Assembly (NCBI GenBank): GCA_016713135.1
Contig: JADJPR010000012.1
Location: forward strand, 12,601 to 76,600
Direction of reading: 5' to 3'
DNA: 64,000 nt
DNA from: Rhodanobacteraceae bacterium
Lineage (GTDB): Bacteria; Pseudomonadota; Gammaproteobacteria; Xanthomonadales; SZUA-5
The translations under genes were made by a program, and so were the position numbers. The notes beneath the pieces are model-generated. The model did not search any database. It was not told where the DNA came from and worked only from the letters and a program-made list of their open reading frames with translations. Numbering within the stretch: the stretch's first letter is position 1; every line of letters begins with the position of its first letter. Positions 50,272 through 59,100 of this stretch are shown piece by piece.

Positions 50272-51555
50272 TCAGAAGCGTACGACGCCGGAGACGGAGT
50301 AGGTATCCACCAGGTCCGAGAGATCGGCCGCGAGGTCCAGCTGGAACTTCTGGAAGGACCAGCCCAGGCCCACGCTGTAGTGCATCTCGTCGTCACCCTC
50401 CGGATACAGCACCGCCGCAAGGCAGGCGTTGAAGGTGTCCGGATTGCAGTTCGCCGGTGCCTGGCCATCGAAGGCCAGGCGGTGGTCCGGGTCGCGCCAG
50501 ATGCCGCCACGCAGGAACATCGGCGTGGCCATTTCCAGGAAGGCGTACTCCACACCGAGGTGGATCTCGGTGCCGTCGTCGATGCTGAGCGGGGTGTCCG
50601 GGTTGGCGAAGATCGACTCGATGCCATCCGACAAGCGGCTGTATTCGATGCGGTTCACGTCGAGCGTGAACAGCAGCGCATCGCTCGGGCGATAGGTCAG
50701 CCCCAGGCTGAACACGTTCGGCACTGAGAATTCAGGTTCCAGATCCAGCCGCAAGGTGGTCCCCGTCACCACGTTCGAGGCGTCGTACTCGAAGTCACCG
50801 CCGGTGCGGTAGGCCAGGCCCAGGTTCCATTGCGGATTGATGTTCCACAACGCGCCCAGGGTGTAGACGATGTCGTTGTCGCTGCCATCCTGGCGCTGTT
50901 GGTTGAATGGCGTGTTCTCGTCGCCGAAGAAGCGCGCGGTGTAGGAGGAAATCGAGAAATCCGAATAGGCCACGCTCAGGCCCAGCGAAAAGGTGTCGCT
51001 GACCTTGTAGCCCACCGAGGCGCCGAGGTTCTCCACGCTGTAATCCAGCTGGGTGGATTTGCGCAGCGCCTGGTCGGTGCCATTGCCGTTGGCATCCACG
51101 AATTCGATCGCAGCGCCGTCGAAATCCGTTTCCAGGTCGCCCACGCGGTGATAGTAGAGCGCGAAAGTGGCGCGTTCGGTCGGGATCACCCACGAGGCGA
51201 ACACCGGGCGCGTCACCGTGTCGGATGCGCGTCCGGTGCCCACATTGCTGGTGTCGAAGGGGTTGTTGCTGACCGTTCCCCCGGACGGGAACGGCGTGTC
51301 GAACCCGGTATGGCGCACTTCCAGTCCGAATTCCTGGGTGCGCAGGATGGTCAACCCGGCGGGATTGGCGTAGGTCGCCGTGGCATCGTCGGCCAGGCCC
51401 GTGAAGGCGCCGCCCAGCGCCAGCGAGCGCGCGCCAGGATTCGAGAAGTTGAACTGCACACCGGTGTTCACTTCGTCATCGGTGATCGCGAATGCCAGCG
51501 CGGGCGCCAGGGTCAGCGCAGCCAGCAGTGCACGGGCAAGATGGGTATGGCGCAT
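50272..51555 (-). CDS. Outer-membrane beta-barrel, FadL/OmpP1/TodX-like
   Basis: Signal peptide MRHTHLARALLAALTLAPALAFA. NPGARSLALGGAFTGLADDATATYANPAGL. Alternating beta-strand pattern. Terminal ...GVVRF. Confidence 0.65.
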   Translation of the reverse strand: MRHTHLARALLAALTLAPALAFAITDDEVNTGVQFNFSNPGARSLALGGAFTGLADDATATYANPAGLTILRTQEFGLEVRHTGFDTPFPSGGTVSNNPFDTSNVGTGRASDTVTRPVFASWVIPTERATFALYYHRVGDLETDFDGAAIEFVDANGNGTDQALRKSTQLDYSVENLGASVGYKVSDTFSLGLSVAYSDFSISSYTARFFGDENTPFNQQRQDGSDNDIVYTLGALWNINPQWNLGLAYRTGGDFEYDASNVVTGTTLRLDLEPEFSVPNVFSLGLTYRPSDALLFTLDVNRIEYSRLSDGIESIFANPDTPLSIDDGTEIHLGVEYAFLEMATPMFLRGGIWRDPDHRLAFDGQAPANCNPDTFNACLAAVLYPEGDDEMHYSVGLGWSFQKFQLDLAADLSDLVDTYSVSGVVRF

Positions 51556-51769
51556 GGGATTCCCTCGTTTGGTCCGGACTTGCCGGTGTGATCGTCGCGG
51601 CAGTCTGCGAGCGCTTGCCGGTGGCGTCAATCGTCACATTCATTGGCATTGGCCTCGATGGCCGACCTGCGGGGCGTGTCCCGCCATCCGCCGGAAACTC
51701 GCCCCGGCTGTCATTGCCGGCGCGTAAACTGGTATCCGCAGCACACGGCAATCCTCCACGGGAGGTTTC

Positions 51770-54700
51770 ATGCGCGGCATGCGGCAGGTGTGGACTTGGG
51801 TGTGCGGACTGGCGATGGCAGTCGCGGCGCAGGCAGGGGATCTCCGGGAGGCGGTGCCGCCCGGGCACGCCGATGCGGCGATGGAGGGCTCCCGGGTAGC
51901 CCAACGCGCGCTGCGCCCCGCGCGAACCAAGCTCTTCGGAGCGCCTCGTGGCTGCAATGGTTTCGTCTACGCGATGGTCACCGCGCCCTCGGGCCTGGTC
52001 TATCTCGGCGGCGATTTCTCGGCCTGCGAGGATGTCCTGGCGTCGAATGTCGCCGCCTACGATCCGCGCACGCGGCAGTTCCTTGCGCTCGGTTCCGGCA
52101 CCGCCAACGGGGTCAGCGCCGGGGCTTTCGGCGGGGTGTATGCGCTGGCGCTGCAGGGCAGCGATCTGATCGTCGGCGGCTCGTTCACGGCGGCTGGCGG
52201 CGCGCCAGCGGACAGTATCGCGCGCTGGAACGGCAGCGCCTGGTCGACCCTGGGCAACGGTGAGGTGCAGGGCGTCGCCGGCCTGGTCTACGACCTGGCG
52301 GTCAACGGGGCCGATCTCTACGCTGGCGGCCTGTTCAGCAGCGCCGGCGGGGTACCGGCGGCGAGCATCGCACGCTGGGATGGCAGCGCCTGGACCGCGC
52401 TCGGCGGCGGGGTCGGCGGGCGCGATGACGCCTCGGTCTATGCCTTGCAGTGGACGGACGGCGCGCTCTTCGTCGGCGGCCTTTTCACCCAGGCGGGCGG
52501 GGCGCCGGCGAGCAACATCGCGCGCTGGAGCGGGAGCGCCTGGAGCGCGCTCGGTGCGGGCACGGACGGCCCGGTGAACACGCTCGCGGCCTTCGGCAAC
52601 GAGATCTATGCCGGTGGCCAGTTCGCCAACGCTGGCGGGCAGGCCGCGAATGCGCTTGCGCGCTGGAATGGCACGGCCTGGCGGGTGGTGGGCACGGCCG
52701 CAGCGCACGGCGTCAGCGGCGGCGTGCTCCAGTTGCTGGTCTCCGGCAGCGAACTTTACGTCGCCGGCTTCTTCGTCCAGGCCGGGGACCAGCCCGCAAA
52801 CAACACGGCGCGCTGGAACGGCAGCGTCTGGGCGTCGTTGGGCAGCGGCGATGCGAATGGCACCAGCCGCACGGTGTGGGCGCTGGCGCAGGGATCGGAC
52901 GGGCTCTACGTCGGCGGCGAGTTCGACGCCGCCGGCGGCCAGCCGGCGAGCTTCATCGCCAGCTTCGACGGCAGCGGCTGGCGTGCGCCGGGCAGCGGGG
53001 TCGGCAATGGCGTGAACAATACGGTCGATGCCCTGGCGATCTCCGGCAACGATCTGTACGTCGGCGGCGCCTTTACCCAGGCGGCCGGCGCACCGGCCAA
53101 CCATGTCGCGCGCTGGAATGGCAGCGTCTGGAATTCACTCGGCAGCGGCACGGCCAACGGCACCGACGCGCGCGTGCTGGCGCTCGCGGTGCAGGGCAGC
53201 GAGCTGTATGCCGGCGGCTATTTCGGCAACGCCGGTGGCGAGCCGGCGGCGTTGATCGCGCGCTGGAACGGGAGCGCATGGTCCACCCTCGGCAGTGGCG
53301 TCGCCGGGCGCTTTCCGAGCGTGCTGGCGATCGAACCGGTCGGCAGCGATCTGTACGTCGGCGGCGAGTTCACCGTCGCTGGCGGCCAGCCCGCCAACAA
53401 GATCGCGCGCTGGAACGGCAGCAGCTGGTCGGCGCTCGGCAGCGGCGCCGCCAACGGCGTCAGCGACACCGATTTCATCCCGATCACCGCGATCAAGGCG
53501 CTCGGCAGCGACCTGATCGTGGCCGGCGATTTCACTACCGCAGGCGGCCAGCCGGCCAATCGCGTCGCGCGCTGGAACGGCAGCGCCTGGTCCGCGCTCG
53601 GCAGCGGCATGAACAACATCGTCTATGCGCTGGCGGTGATCGGCTCGGATGTCTACGCCGGCGGCGGCTTCAGCGAGGCCGGCGGCCAGCCGATCCAGGG
53701 CGTGGCGCGCTGGAATGGCAGCGCCTGGCAACCGCTGGGCACGCTGGAGCTGAACGGCGTCAACGGCACCGTGCGCGCGCTGGCCGTCAGCGGCAGCGAG
53801 CTCTACGTCGGCGGCAGTTTCACCACTGCCGGCGGGCAACCGGCCAACGGCCTGGCACGCTGGGACGGCAGCGCATGGCACGGGCTGGCGGTGGACGCCC
53901 CGCCACAGGTGGTGCGCGCGATGGTGGTCGATCGCGGCTCGCTGTACGCGGGCGGCGCCGGCCTGAGCCAGACGCCGCTGCCGGACCTGCAGAGCCGATC
54001 CCTGGCGGGCAGCGCGGCCGACGGCGCCAGCAGCGAGCCCGTGACCTCGCGCAGCGGCGGCAGCCTGGCCTTCGCCTCGCTCGCGTCGAACCTGGTCGCG
54101 GGAGATGGCAACGGGCGCAGCGACATCTTCCTGCGTGATCCGGCGAGTGGCGCCACGCTGCGCGCCAGCGCGCTGGCCGAAGCGATCAACGGCGGAGCGG
54201 CCGAGTCCTTCTCCGAGCCGGCGCTGTCGGCCGACGGTGCGCGACTGGCCTATCGCGGTTCGTCCGGCCAGCTGTACGCGAACATCGGCGGCAGTGCGCG
54301 GGTGCTCAGCCGCAGCGCCGCGGGCGTGCCCGGCAATGGCGCCTCGGGCAGGCCAATGCTGCCGGGCAACGGCGCGCTGGCCTTCTTCGAGTCGCAGGCG
54401 AGCAATCTGCTGGCAACCGCCGATGGCAATGGCGCGGTCGCCGACATCTTCGTGACCGACCTGGCGACCGGCGCGGTCACCCTGGTCTCGCGCGGGCCCG
54501 CGGGCGAGCCAGCCGACGGCCCCAGCAGCGCGCCGTGGGCCTCACAGGACGGCCAGACCATCGCCTTCTCCACCCTGGCCAGCAACATCGTGCCGGGCAG
54601 CGCGGCGCAGCCGGGGCTCAAGGCGGGCACGGTGCAGCAGGCCACGATCATGCGCGGCGGTGGCTTCGGCCAGAGCCGCTTTTACGTCAGCCGCAACCTG

Positions 54701-55981
54701 GCCACTGGCGAACTGGGCAACGGGCACTCGACCAACGTGCGGGTCACGCCGGACGGCAAGTACGGCGTGTTCGAATCGCTGGCGAGCAACCTGGTGCCCG
54801 GCGACAGCAATAACGCCGCCGATGTCTTCCGCTTCGAGATTTCCGGCAACCAGCTGGTGCGCCTGGAGCGGGTGTCGACCTCGCGCTACGGCGAGCAGGC
54901 CAACGCCGCCAGCCGCAATCCGACGATCTGCGACGACGGCCAGTTCGTCGGCTTCGAGACCGACGCCAGCAACCTGGTCGAACTGGACCGCAATGGCACC
55001 AGCGACATCCTGGTCAAGTGGCTGGTCACCGGCGAGGTGGTGCGCCTGTCGCGCACCGCGGACGGCAACCAGCCCAACGGTGCCAGCGGCGGCGCATCGA
55101 TCAGCGGCGACTGTTCCAGCATTGCATTCGCTTCCGCTGCCAGCAACCTGGCGCCCGGCGACGGCAACGGCGCGCCCGACGTGTTCAGCGTGGCCCTGCG
55201 CGAACGTGCCCCGACGCTGGTCAGCGGCCCGCAGGACGAGCCCGCGCTGACCGGCTTCGCGCTGCCGGCGCCGGATCCCGCCAACGCCAGTTGCCCGGCC
55301 GGCTTCTTCATCGCCGCGGTGGACGACGGTCCGGGCCAGGGATTGACCCCGGGCATCTTCGGCGTGGAACTGTTGCTGGACGCTCCGGGCACCCGCGTGC
55401 TGGCCGGTGGTCTCAATTTCGGCGGCCTGATCGATGCCGGCCAGGTCGGTTTCGCCGGGTTCAACTTTCCCAACGCGGCGACCGAGCCGCAGCGCTTGAA
55501 CCTGCGGGTTACCGGCAGCCCGGCGGATGACAGCGCGGGCAGCCTGCAGGTGCTCATCCGCATCGCGCGGCGCACGGCCAGCTCCAGCGAAACGGTACTC
55601 GAGCAGACCGCCCAGATCTCACTGGCGAGCGCATTCCAGCGCGAGATCGACCTGCCGCCAGGCTTTTACGAGGCGACCGTAGGCGCGACCAGCGGCAGCC
55701 CCGGCGGCGCACCAGAGGGGCAATTCTTCTTCGCGCTCAGCACCAGCTTCGTTGACCGTCCGGGCGGCGGCTTTCAGGGTGGCGCGGTGGTCGGCGGTTA
55801 CCACGCAACGCATCCCTTCGGCGGGGTCAGCGGATTCGCCGCGTTCTGCATCGCCACCCCGCACGCGACCAGCATCCGCGTGCTGTCTCGCCCGAGCTAC
55901 GGTCCGGCCGGCGCGCAGGACCTGCGTCTCAAGCTGCGCGACGCGCAACAACGCGAACTGGTGGTGGTGCCTGCCGGTTGA
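51770..55981 (+). CDS. Giant secreted protein 1 (1403 aa): 12-13 ARWNGSAW propeller blades, PD40-like repeats and a shared C-terminal domain
   Basis: GGGAGG Shine-Dalgarno 6 nt upstream. Signal peptide MRGMRQVWTWVCGLAMAVAAQA. Repeat and domain content is described in the findings. Confidence 0.85.
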   Translation: MRGMRQVWTWVCGLAMAVAAQAGDLREAVPPGHADAAMEGSRVAQRALRPARTKLFGAPRGCNGFVYAMVTAPSGLVYLGGDFSACEDVLASNVAAYDPRTRQFLALGSGTANGVSAGAFGGVYALALQGSDLIVGGSFTAAGGAPADSIARWNGSAWSTLGNGEVQGVAGLVYDLAVNGADLYAGGLFSSAGGVPAASIARWDGSAWTALGGGVGGRDDASVYALQWTDGALFVGGLFTQAGGAPASNIARWSGSAWSALGAGTDGPVNTLAAFGNEIYAGGQFANAGGQAANALARWNGTAWRVVGTAAAHGVSGGVLQLLVSGSELYVAGFFVQAGDQPANNTARWNGSVWASLGSGDANGTSRTVWALAQGSDGLYVGGEFDAAGGQPASFIASFDGSGWRAPGSGVGNGVNNTVDALAISGNDLYVGGAFTQAAGAPANHVARWNGSVWNSLGSGTANGTDARVLALAVQGSELYAGGYFGNAGGEPAALIARWNGSAWSTLGSGVAGRFPSVLAIEPVGSDLYVGGEFTVAGGQPANKIARWNGSSWSALGSGAANGVSDTDFIPITAIKALGSDLIVAGDFTTAGGQPANRVARWNGSAWSALGSGMNNIVYALAVIGSDVYAGGGFSEAGGQPIQGVARWNGSAWQPLGTLELNGVNGTVRALAVSGSELYVGGSFTTAGGQPANGLARWDGSAWHGLAVDAPPQVVRAMVVDRGSLYAGGAGLSQTPLPDLQSRSLAGSAADGASSEPVTSRSGGSLAFASLASNLVAGDGNGRSDIFLRDPASGATLRASALAEAINGGAAESFSEPALSADGARLAYRGSSGQLYANIGGSARVLSRSAAGVPGNGASGRPMLPGNGALAFFESQASNLLATADGNGAVADIFVTDLATGAVTLVSRGPAGEPADGPSSAPWASQDGQTIAFSTLASNIVPGSAAQPGLKAGTVQQATIMRGGGFGQSRFYVSRNLATGELGNGHSTNVRVTPDGKYGVFESLASNLVPGDSNNAADVFRFEISGNQLVRLERVSTSRYGEQANAASRNPTICDDGQFVGFETDASNLVELDRNGTSDILVKWLVTGEVVRLSRTADGNQPNGASGGASISGDCSSIAFASAASNLAPGDGNGAPDVFSVALRERAPTLVSGPQDEPALTGFALPAPDPANASCPAGFFIAAVDDGPGQGLTPGIFGVELLLDAPGTRVLAGGLNFGGLIDAGQVGFAGFNFPNAATEPQRLNLRVTGSPADDSAGSLQVLIRIARRTASSSETVLEQTAQISLASAFQREIDLPPGFYEATVGATSGSPGGAPEGQFFFALSTSFVDRPGGGFQGGAVVGGYHATHPFGGVSGFAAFCIATPHATSIRVLSRPSYGPAGAQDLRLKLRDAQQRELVVVPAG
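51962..53960 (+). repeat. In-frame tandem repeat of about 150 nt (about 50 aa), 12-13 copies, inside giant protein 1
   Basis: Consensus: GG.F..AGG.PA..IARWNGSAWS.LGSG..G.V.ALA..GSDLYVGG. Confidence 0.85.
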
Positions 55982-56190
55982 TCCAGGCATGTGATCCCGG
56001 TCGCGAATCCGCCGTGTGCAGGCGGCGTGAAGGCCCCGCAAGGCCCCGAAACAGCGTTTGTGCAAATCAAACGCCGCTGGGTGCATGCTTGCGCCACAGG
56101 GGATCGTGGGGCTGCCCGCTGGGTGCGCGGCAGTGGTCACCAAGCTGGGTCGCGCCGGCCCGACGCGAAGCACCGAGGGAGAAGCAAGCC

Positions 56191-59100
56191 ATGAACACTA
56201 TCGCCACCACCGCCTTGTGTGCCTTGATGGCACTCGCGGCAGGCAGCGCCATTGCCGGCAACCACCCGGATCCGGCGCAACTCGCGGACAGGCCCAAGGC
56301 CACCAGCGTGTTCCTGACGAATGTCACCAGCGTCGAGGACAGTTGCGGCGGCGTGCGTTACAGCGCCATCCTGAACATGTTCGGCACCAACAACGATGGC
56401 GGCGGCAACGATCTCATCTGGTTCACGATCTTCGACGACAACCAGGAGAAGTTCGCACAGTCCTTCTCCGCGCCGGTGGGCCAGTCGCGCCAGTTCCAGG
56501 TAGTCGCCGAATACCCCGGTCGAGTCGGCCAGGTCGCGCCCGGCATCGGCATCTACGTCGGTGAGACCCGTGGCGACGGCGGCCTGATCCTGATCGACCC
56601 CTTCTTCCCGACGCTCACCTCCGGCTGCACCATCGGCGGCACGCCGCCGGCGCTGGGATTCAGCCCGAGCACCGGGTCAACCATCAGCTACAACGCTGCA
56701 GGCGCTGCCAGCGCGATCGGTGTCAGCAACGCCGGCGGCGGCAGCGGCGGCGGTCCAGCCGGCACCACCACGCTGACCACCTGCACCATCACCGGCGGCG
56801 CGGCTTTCCCGACGACATCGTTCAACCCGGCGATCAGCGCCGTGGGCAGCGGAGCGCCGTCGCCGGCGAGCATCACCCTGCCCGCCTGCGTGCCGCAGGC
56901 TGCTACCGCCACCGCAAGCCTGCGCTGCCTGGAGACCCGCGGTTCCGGCGGCACGCCGGCGCAGCGCACCTGGACCCTGAGCTGCCCGGCCAGCGTCGCA
57001 GCGACGCCGCCGCGCCTGAACGCGCCCCTGGTGGAAGCGTTCGCAATCGGTGGCGGCCTGCCCAATGGCAACAGCCAGGCGCCGGTGCTGTCGCGCAACG
57101 GCGCCAGGATCGCCTACACCTCGGACGCCAGCAACATCGTCTCCGGCGATCCGAACACGCGTCCCGACATCTTCCTGCGCGATCGCGTGTTCAACACCAC
57201 CACGCGGGTCAGCCAGCTCGCCGAAGCGCTCAACCCCGGCATGCAGGAGGGCTACGACGATCCGGCGATCTCCGCCGATGGCAACACGGTGGCCTTCACC
57301 GGCACTTCCGGACAGGTCTATGCGACCGCGGGCAGCAGCGCGCGCAAGATCAGCGCCAACGCAAGCGGCAGCCTGGGCAACGCCCCCTCCGCGAATGCCT
57401 TCCCCATCAGCGATGGTTCGCTGGTGTTCTTCGACTCGCGTGCCACCAACCTGCTGAGCGGCAATGATGGCAATGGCGGCATGGACGACATCTTCGTCAA
57501 GAACCTCGGCAACGATTCGGTCACGCTGATTTCGCGCGATCCCAACGGCGGCCCGGCCGACGGCCCGAGCGCGGCCCCATCGGCCTCTGCGGATGGGCAG
57601 ACCATCGTGTTCCACACGCTGGCCACCAACATCGTCCCCGGCGGCACCACACCAACCGGTTTCAGCCAGAACTTCGATGGCGTGACGGCACCCTCGCTGC
57701 CGGCAGGATGGACTGCGCTAAACGCCACCACCGGCAACAACTTCCGCTGGCAGACCACCACCGCCTCCGCCCCACCCGCGCCGAGCGCGCCCAACTCGGT
57801 TTACGTGGATGAGGAAGGCGTGGTCTCCGACAAGATGCTCGACAGCGCCCTGCTGACCGTCGTCGGCCAGCCTGCGACCCTGTCCTTCCAGCGCCTGCAC
57901 AACCTGGAATCCAACTTCGATGGCCTGGTGCTGGAGATCTCGGTCAACGGCGGTGGCTACAGCGACGCCGTCACCGCGGGTGGCAGCTTCACCGCCGGCG
58001 GCTACAACGGCGTGATCAGCAACAGCTTCCTGAGTCCGATCGGCGGGCGCAATGCCTGGACTGGGAACACCGGTTCCTATGTGACCACCACTTACCGCCT
58101 GCCGGGCAACATCGCGAGCGGTGCCAGCGTGCGTTTCCGTTGGCGTGCCGCCACCGACACCTCGGTCGGCGGCGGTGAAGTGCATGTGGACAACATCACC
58201 TCGACCAATCTGTCGCTGCCGGGCTCGGTGGCGACCAAGCTGCCTTCCGGCGTCAAGGCCGGCACGATCCAGCAAGCGACGATGATGCGCGGCGGCGGCT
58301 TCGGCCAGAGTCGCTTCTACCTCAGCCGCAACCTCGCCAGCGGCGAGCTTGGCAACGGCGACAGCACCAACGTCAAGGTCACGCCGGACGGCCGCTGGGC
58401 CGTGTTCCAGTCGCTCGCCAGCAACCTGGTCACGGGCGATACCAACAATGTCAGCGACATCTACCGCGTCGAGATCTCGAACAACCAGGTGGTGCGGATG
58501 GACCGCGTCACCCTGACCAAGACCGGCGAGCAGCCCAACGGCAACAGCTTCCTGCCGCAGATCAGCGACGATGGCCAACTGGTGACCTTCCAGACCGAGG
58601 CCACCAACCTGGCGCCTCCGGATACCAACGGCCAGCCTGACGTGATGGTGAAGTCGATGGTCAGCGGTGACGTGCTGCGCATGTCGCAGACGACCGATGG
58701 CCAGGAGCCGAATGGGCTGACCGTGCTGCCGACGATCTCCGGCGACGGCAGCACGCTCGGGTTCTGCACGCTCGCGACCAACGTCGCCGGCGGCGACAAC
58801 AACGGCGCCGCGGATGTGTTCACCTCCGGCATCCAGAGCAGCCTGCCGCGCGACGAGCCCGGCCTGGTGCGCTTCACGCTGCCCACGCCGAACCCGCCGA
58901 ATGCAAGCTGCCCGGCAGGGTTCTTCTCCGCGGTGGTGGACGACGGTCCGGGCGCAGGCGTCACGCCGGGCACCTTCGGCGTGGAACTGCTGCTGGACGA
59001 TCCGGGAACCCGGGTCCTCGCGGGCGGCCTGAACTTCGGTGGCCTGATCGATGTGGGCCAGGTGGGCTTCGCCGCATTCAACTTCGCCAATGCGGCGAAC

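Noticed and set aside
56052-56075. A small hairpin (gcgtttg-tgcaaat-caaacgc) between the two giant genes as a terminator or attenuator.
   Set aside because: The stem is short (7 bp) and there is no U-tract. This is insufficient to call, and the two genes may or may not be co-transcribed.
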